Below, piece by piece: positions 10,764 through 20,336 of a stretch of 64,000 nt of DNA (positions within the stretch are counted from its first letter, which is position 1; every line of letters begins with the position of its first letter). The DNA lies in assembly GCA_963677435.1 (NCBI GenBank), contig OY781945.1:1984001-2048000 (forward strand). The letters are read 5' to 3'. The notes under the pieces are model-generated. The model ran no database searches. It was not told where the DNA came from and worked only from the letters and a program-made list of their open reading frames with translations. The position numbers and the translations under genes were made by a program. The stretch comes from an uncultured Aliarcobacter sp. (lineage in GTDB: Bacteria; Campylobacterota; Campylobacteria; Campylobacterales; Arcobacteraceae).

Positions 10764-11372
10764 ATGAACAGATTTGATGAAGCAGCTAAAACTTGGGATA
10801 ATAAACAAACAAGTATCGATAGCTCAAACGCTTGTGTTGAAAATTTACAAAAACATGTAGTTATAAAAGAGAATGGGAACATTTTAGATTATGGTTGTGG
10901 AACTGGATTTATAGCCTTTGCATTAAGCACAGATAAAAACAATGTTTTAGGAATGGATTATTCAGATGGCATGGTAGATAGATTTAATGAAAAAGCAAAA
11001 GAGCTAAATTTTGACAATATCAAAGCTGTAAAACACAATATGAATGAAGATGAAATTTCAAAGAACTCTTATGATTTATTTATCTCATCAATGACTATGC
11101 ACCATATCAAAGATACAAATATGTTTGCACAAAAAGCTTATGACTCCTTAGTAAATGGTGGATATGTTTGTATTAATGACCTAGAAAAAGAGGATGGGAC
11201 TTTCCATGAAAAACATAAAAATGACGGAGTTGAACACTTCGGATATGAAATAAATGATGTAAAAAAAATCTTTGAAGATGTAGGTTTCAAAATCATTTCT
11301 TGTGATACAGTTTATATACATGAAAGAAATGAAAAAGAGTATCCACTTTTTAATCTAATAGCACAAAAATAA
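10764..11372 (+). CDS. class I SAM-dependent methyltransferase
   Basis: LDYGCGTG, SSMTMHH; ATG at 10764 has an AAGGA RBS. Confidence 0.85.
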   Translation: MNRFDEAAKTWDNKQTSIDSSNACVENLQKHVVIKENGNILDYGCGTGFIAFALSTDKNNVLGMDYSDGMVDRFNEKAKELNFDNIKAVKHNMNEDEISKNSYDLFISSMTMHHIKDTNMFAQKAYDSLVNGGYVCINDLEKEDGTFHEKHKNDGVEHFGYEINDVKKIFEDVGFKIISCDTVYIHERNEKEYPLFNLIAQK

Positions 11373-11382
11373 AAGGAAATAA

Positions 11383-12177
11383 ATGTCAGAAAAATTTGCA
11401 ATATTTGGAAATCCAGTTGCTCACTCAAAATCACCACAAATGCAAAATGCAGGATTAAATCATATAAATTTTGATGGAAATTATGAAAAGCATCATCTAG
11501 AAAATGGAAATGAAATCAAAAAAGCTTTTTTAGACTCAAACTACAAAGGCGCAAATATAACAGTTCCACACAAAGAGTTTGCCTACGAAAATGCTGATGA
11601 GGTAAGAGGATTAGCAAAAGAGATAAAAGCTGTAAATACTTACATTCTAGAAGATGGAAAAGTAATAGCATATAATACTGATGCACCAGGATTTTTAAAA
11701 GCAATAGAGAGTTTTGGAACTATAAAAAATGTACTTCTTTTAGGAGCAGGAGGAACTGCAAAAGCAATCGCCCTAGCCTTAAAATCAAAAGATATAAATG
11801 TAACTGTATTAAATAGAAGTGAAGGGAAACTAGAATTTTTCAAACAACATCAAATTCCATGTTTTTCATGGGAAAATTTTGAACCACAAAATTATGACTT
11901 AGTTGTAAACTCAACAAGTGCTGGATTAAAAGATGAATATTTACCTTGTGATAAAAAAATCCTAGAAACAGTTTTTAAAAAAGCCTCTTTTTCCTTTGAT
12001 TGTGTGTATGGAAAAATCACACCATTTTTAGCACTTGCAAGTGAAAATGGACTTGAAATAAAAGACGGGGAAGATATGCTACTTTTTCAAGGTGTTTTAG
12101 CTTTTGAATACTTTACAAATACAAAAGCCGATAAAAGCTTAGTTGAAGCCATGAGAAAAGGTTTAAAAGGAGAATGA
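11383..12177 (+). CDS. aroE: shikimate dehydrogenase
   Basis: GNPVAHSKSP, NITVPHK, AVNT, NTD, GAGGTA. Confidence 0.93.
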   Translation: MSEKFAIFGNPVAHSKSPQMQNAGLNHINFDGNYEKHHLENGNEIKKAFLDSNYKGANITVPHKEFAYENADEVRGLAKEIKAVNTYILEDGKVIAYNTDAPGFLKAIESFGTIKNVLLLGAGGTAKAIALALKSKDINVTVLNRSEGKLEFFKQHQIPCFSWENFEPQNYDLVVNSTSAGLKDEYLPCDKKILETVFKKASFSFDCVYGKITPFLALASENGLEIKDGEDMLLFQGVLAFEYFTNTKADKSLVEAMRKGLKGE

Positions 12178-12264
12178 ATTTTCTTCTTTTAATTTTTAAA
12201 CCTATATTTATCAAAAATTAAACTATAATTTCAATATAAATTACAAAAATATTAGAAGTTCAAA

Positions 12265-12435
12265 ATGAAAAAAGTAACAAAACTTTGTGGAACTAAAAAA
12301 AGTTATATTATCTTACCCTTGGATGATAAAATAACATTTACACAAATCTATGTTTGTAACAAGTGTAAAAGAATTTCAAAAGAAAAAATTCTTTTATGTT
12401 ATCCTGAACTAAAAAATGAAAAAGATTTAATTTAA
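12265..12435 (+). CDS. small Cys-rich, probably Zn-binding protein (56 aa; not in ORF track)
   Basis: Manual translation MKKVTKLCG...YVCNKCKRISKEKILLCYPELK; four Cys including CxxC. Confidence 0.55.
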   Translation: MKKVTKLCGTKKSYIILPLDDKITFTQIYVCNKCKRISKEKILLCYPELKNEKDLI

Positions 12436-12833
12436 TAATTATAAAATGAGCCCCATAATTCATTCATTTTAAAACTATATTTGTAAAGTGCAAAAAACCA
12501 AGGAAATAGTAAAATAGTAAATGCGAAATAACTTAAATTTTTAAGAAAAATATAGTTATATTCAAATAAAAGATAATTTGTTAAATCTACTAAAATAAGA
12601 AAAAAGAAAAATATCCATAATTCTCTAAAAAAATATCTTTTTTTATTGATATATCCTCTAATTCCAAATAAAGAAACAAGAATAATCATCAAAAATGAAA
12701 TGTCATACATTTTTGAATACTTATTTCCAATTAAAATAGAATCTTCGTTCAAAACTGTAAATCCAAATATAAATATAAAACAAAGTAACATAACCCAAAA
12801 ATAAATTTCCCAAAAAATATTTGTCTTATTCAT
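12432..12833 (-). CDS. hypothetical membrane protein (about 4 TM)
   Basis: Very hydrophobic, aromatic-rich 133-aa ORF. Confidence 0.55.
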   Translation of the reverse strand: MNKTNIFWEIYFWVMLLCFIFIFGFTVLNEDSILIGNKYSKMYDISFLMIILVSLFGIRGYINKKRYFFRELWIFFFFLILVDLTNYLLFEYNYIFLKNLSYFAFTILLFPWFFALYKYSFKMNELWGSFYNY

Positions 12834-12880
12834 TTAGTTTCCCATATATGTTTAATCTTTATAAAGTGAATATGTTAACA

Positions 12881-12904
12881 AAATTGTGTCACAAATTGTG
12901 TCAC
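12881..12904. promoter_or_regulatory. tandem 12-bp direct repeat, candidate OmpR-type binding site
   Basis: AAATTGTGTCAC x2 in a divergent intergenic region. Confidence 0.5.
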
Positions 12905-13013
12905 AAAATATTTAATATAATAATTTTTGATTATTTTCCATCTATTTGCTATAATGAGACAATTTCTAAAATAGATATTATTAAATTTAAACTAAAAAAG
13001 AAAGGCAATAAAA

Positions 13014-13664
13014 TTGAAAAGAAAATTTCAGATTAAAAAAATTTCAGATTACGCAATGGTAGGTGGATTGGGTGCTTTACTTGTAGTTGGATTAGTTGGA
13101 TGTGATGACAAATCAAAAGACAATCAACAAAATCAAGGTCAAAATGATGCTTTTACAAATGCTAGTCAAAAACAAAATGCTTTTGTTATTATAGAAGAAT
13201 CAGTAGATGGTAAATACAAAATAGCAGATGAATTTCCAGCTTCAAAAACTACAATAGTCTTAAGAAAACCAGATGGAACAGAAAGAATTTTAACTCAAGA
13301 AGAAATCGATAAATTAGTAAAAGAAGAAGAAGCAAAAATTGATGCAGGAACTTCACCTCTTACAAATCCAAATGCACAAGTATCAGATGGGGGAATGGGA
13401 CTTGGTGGAGTTTTATTATCTTCAATTGCAGGTGCAATGGTTGGTTCTTGGCTTGGAAATAAATTATTTAATAATCAAAACTTTCAAAATCAAAGACAAA
13501 CTCAATATAAATCACCTCAAACATATAGTAAATCACAAAGTTCATTTACAAAATCTCCTGCAACTACAGGTACAAATTCATCAACTAAAAAAAGTGGTTT
13601 TTTTGGTGGAAGCAATAGTTCAACTACATCAAAATCAACTTCATCTTCTAGTTTTGGGAGCTAA
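13014..13664 (+). CDS. UPF0323-family lipoprotein
   Basis: Lipobox LVGC, Gly-rich hydrophobic patch, S/T-rich tail KSGFFGG; adjacent to a Gsp synthase gene as usual in Campylobacterota. Confidence 0.8.
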   Translation: MKRKFQIKKISDYAMVGGLGALLVVGLVGCDDKSKDNQQNQGQNDAFTNASQKQNAFVIIEESVDGKYKIADEFPASKTTIVLRKPDGTERILTQEEIDKLVKEEEAKIDAGTSPLTNPNAQVSDGGMGLGGVLLSSIAGAMVGSWLGNKLFNNQNFQNQRQTQYKSPQTYSKSQSSFTKSPATTGTNSSTKKSGFFGGSNSSTTSKSTSSSSFGS

Positions 13665-13667
13665 TAA

Positions 13668-14846
13668 ATGCAATTAGAAAAATTAAAACCTTTAAGTGAT
13701 GAATACTTAGAATCAATAGGGTTTGTCTGGCATACAGATAGTGATAATTCATCTTATGTTAGTGATGAAATTGTACTAATAAGTGAAGATCAAGCAAATG
13801 CTTTTTATGAGGCAACAAATGAACTTTATGATATGTTTGCCCAAGCTGGTGAATATGTAATAGAGAATGACTTATTCCATGAAATAAATATACCTTTTAA
13901 TCTAATTGAAGTTATAAAAGAATCTTGGGAAAATGAAGTTCATTGGCATTTATATTCAAGATTTGATTTAGCAGGTGGAATAGATGGAAAACCTATAAAA
14001 TTAATTGAATTTAATGCAGATACTCCTACTTCTTTATTTGAAACTGCAATTATTCAATGGGCAATGTTAAAAGCAAATGGCTTAAATGAAGCTAGTCAAT
14101 TTAATAACCTTTATGATGCTTTAAAAGACAATTTCAAAAGAATTATTACTTTAAATGATGACTTAGAAAAATTCGAAGAGTATTACTCAGGTCTTGGTTG
14201 GAAAATACTATTTAGCTCAATTTCAAGCTCAAGTGAAGATATAAATACAACAAAACTTTTACAACATATCGCAAGTGAAGCTGGATTTAACACTGATTTT
14301 GAATTTATTGAAAATGTTCAATTTAGTGATGATGGTATTTTCAAAGATGATGAACTTTTTGAATTTTGGTTTAAACTAATTCCATGGGAAAATATCGCTA
14401 TTGAAGAGAGTGAATTAGCATTAATTTTAACAGAAATCATAAAAGAGAAAAAAGCAATTATTTTTAATCCAGCGTATACATTGATGTTCCAATCAAAAGG
14501 ATTTATGAAGATTTTATGGGATTTATACCCAAATCATCCTTTATTACTTGAAACTTCATTTGAACCTTTAGTTGGAAAAAAACAAGTTGAAAAAAGATGT
14601 TTTGGAAGAGAAGGTGCAAATACAAAAATTATAAATAGTGATGGTTCAATTGATCAAGAAACATTAGGTGATTATGAAGGTCATAAAGCTATTTATCAAG
14701 AGTTTGTAGAATTTCCTAAAGATTTAAATGGAAACTATTATCAAGCGGGAGTATTTTTTGCTTATGAAGCTTGTGCCTTAGGATTTAGAAGAGGTGGAAA
14801 AATATTAAATAACATGTCTAAATTTGTAGGACATATTATAAAATAA
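13668..14846 (+). CDS. glutathionylspermidine synthase family protein
   Basis: RFDL, KLIEFNADTPT, FKLIPWE, GREGAN ATP-grasp motifs. Confidence 0.9.
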   Translation: MQLEKLKPLSDEYLESIGFVWHTDSDNSSYVSDEIVLISEDQANAFYEATNELYDMFAQAGEYVIENDLFHEINIPFNLIEVIKESWENEVHWHLYSRFDLAGGIDGKPIKLIEFNADTPTSLFETAIIQWAMLKANGLNEASQFNNLYDALKDNFKRIITLNDDLEKFEEYYSGLGWKILFSSISSSSEDINTTKLLQHIASEAGFNTDFEFIENVQFSDDGIFKDDELFEFWFKLIPWENIAIEESELALILTEIIKEKKAIIFNPAYTLMFQSKGFMKILWDLYPNHPLLLETSFEPLVGKKQVEKRCFGREGANTKIINSDGSIDQETLGDYEGHKAIYQEFVEFPKDLNGNYYQAGVFFAYEACALGFRRGGKILNNMSKFVGHIIK

Positions 14847-14868
14847 AACAACTCGTACGAAAAAAGAT

Positions 14869-15234
14869 TTATCTAATAAATCTTTTTTCTATCTCTTCAG
14901 CACTTAATTCAATATTATCTTCATTTAAAAAACCATAAAAATAACTATCAACATCAGTAAGAACTTCAATCACTAAAATATTTTTACCATCATAATTTTT
15001 AACAAATTTTTCAATAGCTTCAAGGGCAGAATCATCCCAGTATTTTTCAATCTCATCATTGTTTCCAACATCACAAAACAAACAATCTTCACACATTGAA
15101 AATAAGTACTTCCCAGCACCTTCATAAATTTCAAATGAATTATTTTCATTATCTAATTTCTCATTTGTAAAAGGACAATGTAAACTAAATTTACTTATAT
15201 TCTTAGGTTTTATAACAACTTTATTCAAAATCAA
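14869..15234 (-). CDS. hypothetical protein with Cys motifs
   Basis: 121-aa ORF with HCPF and CEDC; TTG start with AAGGA RBS. Confidence 0.6.
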   Translation of the reverse strand: MILNKVVIKPKNISKFSLHCPFTNEKLDNENNSFEIYEGAGKYLFSMCEDCLFCDVGNNDEIEKYWDDSALEAIEKFVKNYDGKNILVIEVLTDVDSYFYGFLNEDNIELSAEEIEKRFIR

Positions 15235-15368
15235 TCCTTATTTATTGGCATTATATTTGCCACTCTATTTTTAATTGCGCAATTATACAATTTTAAAATT
15301 TGTTTTGGAATAATGTGAGGAATTTTAGGAAATTAGTATATAGGAAATTTGGATTATTTATAGTTAGT

Positions 15369-15385
15369 TAGGTAAACCAATAAGC
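15369..15385. repeat. left att core (duplicate of rnpB 3' end)
   Basis: TAGGTAAACCAATAAGC, identical to 32492-32508. Confidence 0.9.
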
Positions 15386-15635
15386 TGTATTTGAAAATCT
15401 TAATAAGCCCTATTTTTTAGTATTAATTAAAGTTTATAATTTTAAATCACACGGTTTTAAACACGATATTTTTTTTATTAGATACTTTTATACTTAACAA
15501 TTTTAAGTTTTTCTTTCCTTTATTTTATCTCTATTTTATTAATCTAATTCTAAAATAACTATATATTCTTTTTATTTTACATTTTTCAAGAGATATGATA
15601 CAATACTACATAAAAAAACAAAGGAAAAAGTTATC

Positions 15636-15782
15636 ATGGCATTATCAATTAAAAACGATAAAGTTATTACTATTGTTCCACCGAAAAAGCTTTCAAATAC
15701 TGAAAGAGATAAATTAGTTAATACACCAGTAAATACTAAATTAATTAAAAAAGCAACTTCTAGAAAATATAATATCGTATAG
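15636..15782 (+). CDS. small basic 48-aa protein, candidate antitoxin (not in ORF track)
   Basis: AAGGA RBS; MALSIKNDKVITIVPPKK...KYNIV; ends 7 nt before the GNAT gene. Confidence 0.55.
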   Translation: MALSIKNDKVITIVPPKKLSNTERDKLVNTPVNTKLIKKATSRKYNIV

Positions 15783-15789
15783 TATCAAC

Positions 15790-16269
15790 TTGATAGAAAT
15801 TAAAAAATATAATAGTATTACTACTGAATACCAACTATTTAAAAAACTCTTAGAATCTTTAGAACTTTCAGACTCACTAGAACAAAAACACAGAGAAACA
15901 CTTTTTATAAAAGATATTTGTAAAAGAGTAGAAAAATCAAAAACAGTTCTTTATGTATTAAAAAAAAATAATGAAAAATTAGGTCTTATTTCTATCTCTT
16001 CAACTTCAATAGAAGATTTCCCAGCTTTACAAATTGATTTCTTATTTGTAAGTAAAAAATATAGAGGTTTAGTTTTAGAAGAATTAGACAATGTAAAAAC
16101 ATCAGAATATTTAATCGAATTAGTTATTTCAATCGCAAAAGATATTCAAGAGAATATAGGTTTAAAATATATAGTTCTTTTACCTGACAACAAAGATTTA
16201 GAAAAAATATATAAAGAACTTAATTTTAATAAATTAAATAAAACTGGTTGGATGTTTATTTCTATTTAA
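15790..16269 (+). CDS. GNAT acetyltransferase, candidate toxin
   Basis: FPALQIDFLFVSKKYRG (acetyl-CoA motif A), IGLKYIVL, YKELNF; resembles AtaT/TacT-type GNATs. Confidence 0.7.
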   Translation: MIEIKKYNSITTEYQLFKKLLESLELSDSLEQKHRETLFIKDICKRVEKSKTVLYVLKKNNEKLGLISISSTSIEDFPALQIDFLFVSKKYRGLVLEELDNVKTSEYLIELVISIAKDIQENIGLKYIVLLPDNKDLEKIYKELNFNKLNKTGWMFISI

Positions 16270-16468
16270 TAATTTGTGTTAAAAAAATTCAGTAATTTTT
16301 GCCTTTTGTCTTTTCTATTTTGTTTTTTCAAATTATCTCTTTTGTTGTTAACTATCTCCTGTTTTTCTTGCTTCTTTTAAGTTTTATCCATATCAAAATA
16401 ATCTTTTTTCAATCAAGTTTTAGATATAATACCTTCAATTAAATACTATAAAAAAGATATAACAAATT

Positions 16469-17797
16469 ATGAAAATAGCAGAACAAACAATTGAAAAATT
16501 AAAAGAACAATATTTCTTAGATAACCGCCCATGGGTAGTTACATACTCAGGTGGTAAAGACTCGACAACAGTATTACATTTAGTAATAACCATGTTACAA
16601 CAATTACATAAAGAAGGAAAAGATAATAAACATGTTTATGTTGTTTCTTCTGATACAACAGTTGAAATGCCAGTTATTGAGAACTATACAAATACAAGAT
16701 TAAACCAAATTACAAAATTTGCAAATGAATCAGATTTAAAAATTTCTTGTCATAAACTTGAACCAAAATTAGATGAATCATTTTGGACTTTATTATTAGG
16801 TAAAGGTTATCCTGCTCCTACAAGTTCATTTAGATGGTGTACAGAAAGAATGAAAATTGATCCTGCAACAGAATTCTTAAAAGGATTAGTTAATAAACAT
16901 CAATCTATTCTTATGCTTCTAGGAGTAAGAACAGATGAATCTCAAGCTAGAGCTATTTCAATTGAAGGAAGAGTTCTTAATCATAGAGGTTTATCTGTAC
17001 ATGATAGTATTCCAAATGCTTATGTTTTATCACCTATAAAATATTGGACAAATGCAGAAGTTTGGAGTTATTTAGCTAAGAATCCTTTCCCTTGGGGTGA
17101 TCACTCATATATGATGAGCCTATATGATAAAGGTTCAGGAGAAGGTGATTGTAATATTGCCTTGAATCCAGAATCTCCTTCATGCGGTAAAACTAGATTT
17201 GGTTGCTGGGTTTGTACAGTTGTTGAAACTGACCGTTCAATGGAAGGTATGCTTAGAAATGGTGAAGAATGGATGCTTCCATTATGGGAATATAGAGAAA
17301 AACTTTATAAATATAGAAATGATTTAGAAAAAAGAGACACAAGAAGAAGAAATGGTCAAGTAGGTGCTGGTCCTTTTCTAATGGAAACAAGAAAAGAACT
17401 TCTAAAAGAACTTTTAAGAGCAGAAGTTAATGTTAATCTAAATTATCATAAATTAAAAAAAGATGCATCAGATTATAAACCTAATGAAAAAATTGGTCTT
17501 ATAAAAGATGATGAAATTGAATTAATTCAACGTAATTGGAATTACGATGGAGATATTTCAAATACAGCATATAGAATATCTCAAGAATTTAATAGAATGA
17601 TGTCTAAAACTTTGACTACTGAGCTAAGAGAGGATTTAGAAAGTATAGAAGAAGATAATTTCAATATTGATTTATTCGAAAGAATTATTGAAACTCAAGC
17701 TTATAGAAAAAATATTTCTAATAGATATGGAATATTGAATGATATTGAAAAAAGAGTTGTAGATTTTTATAAAGGTGAATTTCGTGAAGTTAACTAG
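16469..17797 (+). CDS. dndC: DNA phosphorothioation sulfurtransferase DndC (PAPS-reductase family)
   Basis: PWVVTYSGGKDS, DTTVE, FW..LGKGYPAP, FRWCT, SCGKTRFGCWVCTVV Fe-S Cys motifs. Confidence 0.9.
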   Translation: MKIAEQTIEKLKEQYFLDNRPWVVTYSGGKDSTTVLHLVITMLQQLHKEGKDNKHVYVVSSDTTVEMPVIENYTNTRLNQITKFANESDLKISCHKLEPKLDESFWTLLLGKGYPAPTSSFRWCTERMKIDPATEFLKGLVNKHQSILMLLGVRTDESQARAISIEGRVLNHRGLSVHDSIPNAYVLSPIKYWTNAEVWSYLAKNPFPWGDHSYMMSLYDKGSGEGDCNIALNPESPSCGKTRFGCWVCTVVETDRSMEGMLRNGEEWMLPLWEYREKLYKYRNDLEKRDTRRRNGQVGAGPFLMETRKELLKELLRAEVNVNLNYHKLKKDASDYKPNEKIGLIKDDEIELIQRNWNYDGDISNTAYRISQEFNRMMSKTLTTELREDLESIEEDNFNIDLFERIIETQAYRKNISNRYGILNDIEKRVVDFYKGEFREVN

Positions 17798-19535
17798 TAT
17801 TACTTTAAATAATATGTTTTCATATCAAGGTATTAGTAGTATCTTATTTGATAATATATCTTGTATTATTGGTACAAATGGATTTGGGAAAACATCTATT
17901 TTGAACTCTATAAAATTATGTTTAGGACAGTCAGATATTGATGTATTTTCAATATTAAATAATAATGCTCAGGAAAAGATATGTTGGGTTAATCTTGATT
18001 TTGATGAATTTAATATAAAAAGAACTTGGAATTTTACATCTAAATATGAAGAATCTTTAAGTGTTATTTTAAAAGATGGTGAGAAATATGAAGATGATGA
18101 AGCAGAACATTTTATTCAAAATAAAATACCTGATTTCTTAATTGATTTTCTTTTTTATGATGGTGAGATAGGTAATAATTTACTTCTATTATCTAATATA
18201 AAATTAAAATCAATCTTTGATTATATCTTTGATTTAGATTTACTTGTTAATACGCAAAAAGACTCTCAAGCTGTAGCAAAAAGATTGCTTGAAAAAAATA
18301 GCGATGATTCTACAAAAGAACTTTTGATTCTTGAAAATGAAAGATTAGATATTTTAGATTTAATTTCTAATCAAAAAGAAGACTTAAAAGAAAAAGAAAA
18401 AGAATTTGCAATTCAAAAAATGAATTTACAAAAGATAAATACTCAAATTAGAAATAGAAATAAAAAGGTTAATAAACTATTTGAAGAGCTAGATCATGTA
18501 AAAAATAGATTAGATGAAAAATCAATTGTATTTAAACAATTAATACTTTGGCAAATGCCTTTACTTTTAAATAGTAATCTATTAGAAGGTATGCAAAAAA
18601 GAACATCTAGTGCTTTAAAAATTGAAAATGAATCTCTTTTTACAAATAAATTCCATAAATTTATTCAAGAAATAAATTCGCCACTTGAAGAAAATAAAAT
18701 ATTTGAACTATTTAAATCTATGATGATTAACGATTCAAATAAAATAGAATTAAGCATGACTAAACAACAATTCAAAATAGTTCTTGAAGAGATGAAAGAT
18801 TTAAAATTAAATATTAACCAATTAGAAGAAAGTATAAAAGAAGTTCAAGATTCAATTATGGAACAAGAAATGATGCGTTCATTGATAGAATCAAGAGATG
18901 AGCAAGAAGAAAAATTAAATATATTTGATAAATCTATTCAAGAGCTTACAGAAAATATTGAATTTAATATAATTAAGTCAAAAGAGATAAATAGAACATT
19001 AACACAAGCTTTTAAAAATAATCAACAAAAATATGCATTTTTTAAAGGTTATGAAGAATTACAAATTATTTCAAAAATGAGTGCTAAAGTTTATACTAAA
19101 AGATTAGATAAACAATTATCAATTTTCAATGAGAAATTAAAAGAAAATACTTCAAGATTTTTAAAACAATATGAGCATATAGATAAAATATTTATTGATA
19201 AATATCATAATATTATAATACAAGATTTAAAGAATGAAAAATTAAGTACTGAGCTACTATCAGCTGGTCAGAAACAAGTTCTAAACTTTTTGATAGTTAA
19301 AACTATTTTAGATTTTAAAAACTTTGCTTCTTTTGTAATGGTAGATACTCCTTTTGGAAGACTTTCAAATAAAAATAAAGAATTACTATTGAATTCTTGT
19401 TATCTGTCTTTTGATAATCTAATATTACTTTTAACAGATAGTGAATATGAATTTGTACAAACACAAAATTTAAATTATAAAACATACCAAATCAAAAGAG
19501 ATAGTCTTGGTTCAAGAATAGAGGAAATAGCATGA
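17784..19535 (+). CDS. dndD: DNA phosphorothioation SMC-like ATPase DndD
   Basis: Walker A GTNGFGKTS, FYDGE, long coiled coil, LSAGQKQ, VDTPFGRL; overlaps dndC; GTG 17784 has an RBS (track start 17775). Confidence 0.85.
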   Translation: MKLTSITLNNMFSYQGISSILFDNISCIIGTNGFGKTSILNSIKLCLGQSDIDVFSILNNNAQEKICWVNLDFDEFNIKRTWNFTSKYEESLSVILKDGEKYEDDEAEHFIQNKIPDFLIDFLFYDGEIGNNLLLLSNIKLKSIFDYIFDLDLLVNTQKDSQAVAKRLLEKNSDDSTKELLILENERLDILDLISNQKEDLKEKEKEFAIQKMNLQKINTQIRNRNKKVNKLFEELDHVKNRLDEKSIVFKQLILWQMPLLLNSNLLEGMQKRTSSALKIENESLFTNKFHKFIQEINSPLEENKIFELFKSMMINDSNKIELSMTKQQFKIVLEEMKDLKLNINQLEESIKEVQDSIMEQEMMRSLIESRDEQEEKLNIFDKSIQELTENIEFNIIKSKEINRTLTQAFKNNQQKYAFFKGYEELQIISKMSAKVYTKRLDKQLSIFNEKLKENTSRFLKQYEHIDKIFIDKYHNIIIQDLKNEKLSTELLSAGQKQVLNFLIVKTILDFKNFASFVMVDTPFGRLSNKNKELLLNSCYLSFDNLILLLTDSEYEFVQTQNLNYKTYQIKRDSLGSRIEEIA

Positions 19536-19915
19536 TTAAAACAACCCAAGAAATAGAAAATTATATCTTTCCTTTATCTAAAATGTTAAACTTAGAAAAT
19601 GAGCCTAAATGGGTTATATTAAGATTTATGATAAATATATCACTTTCTTTAGAAAAAGAATTTAAAGATATAAAAATAGAATCTTATGATGGAAAAGAAT
19701 ACAGATTAGAACAAATCACAGGTGAAGGTAAAGGGACTGATGATTATACAAAACTGTTTTGGGACATGATAGAAACTTTTGATAATATAACTATTACCTC
19801 TAAAAAAACATTAGAAGAAAACCTCCAACGTCATATAGTTAGAGGTTATTTGATTTTAAAAACATCACTAAAGCATGATAGTAATATATTTGAGTTTATG
19901 GGGCAAGATTTTTAA
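19532..19915 (+). CDS. dndE: DndE-family protein
   Basis: 127 aa, ATGA-coupled to dndD; pattern ILR..I..SL...DGKE...HI.RG resembles DndE. Confidence 0.65.
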   Translation: MIKTTQEIENYIFPLSKMLNLENEPKWVILRFMINISLSLEKEFKDIKIESYDGKEYRLEQITGEGKGTDDYTKLFWDMIETFDNITITSKKTLEENLQRHIVRGYLILKTSLKHDSNIFEFMGQDF

Positions 19916-19916
19916 C

Positions 19917-20336
19917 TCATAAAAAATCGTTTAAAAAAGAATTGAAGATTTTTTCTGCATTTTCTTTAATTCTTTTTTCTCCAAGTGTATTAGTATCTAA
20001 ATTTTCAGTTTCTTTTGATATTACATTGTATTCATGATATATTTGTGTACCAGAATATAATTGATGAATAAAATTTTCTATAATTTTAGTTTCTCTTTCT
20101 AATAAATTTGGGTCTTTAATAAATTTTGCTGGTTCTTCACATATATATGAAAAAAATTTCATTTCATCATTATTTAATGCTGTTTCCATATCTTTCTCAT
20201 GTATTGCACTATTAAAGTTATTTAGTAATTTTGAATCTACAAAATAAAAAGAATTCTTATCAAAAAATGATTTTTGAGTATTTCCTATATAAATATAATT
20301 ACGTTTTATAATAAATACTATTGAAGGATAAAACAT
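19917..20336 (-). CDS. hypothetical protein with GIY-YIG-like motifs
   Basis: IVFII..YIYIGNT near the N-terminus and LERETKII...EYN near the C-terminus; canonical Arg not evident; TAATG-coupled to the upstream ATPase. Confidence 0.45.
   Translation of the reverse strand: MFYPSIVFIIKRNYIYIGNTQKSFFDKNSFYFVDSKLLNNFNSAIHEKDMETALNNDEMKFFSYICEEPAKFIKDPNLLERETKIIENFIHQLYSGTQIYHEYNVISKETENLDTNTLGEKRIKENAEKIFNSFLNDFL

Noticed and set aside
407..11843. Short ORFs overlapping real genes (407-589, 2121-2375, 3766-4293, 6509-6829, 6893-7078, 8974-9204, 11516-11704, 11640-11843)
   Set aside because: Antisense shadows of well-supported genes, with no motifs
12821..13677. ORFs 12821-13036 and 13339-13677
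   Set aside because: One spans a promoter region and the other is an alternate frame within the UPF0323 gene
16469..19535. dndC as sulfate-assimilation CysH, or dndD as SbcC/SMC
   Set aside because: Dnd-specific motifs and the coupled C-D-E order inside a prophage fit Dnd better
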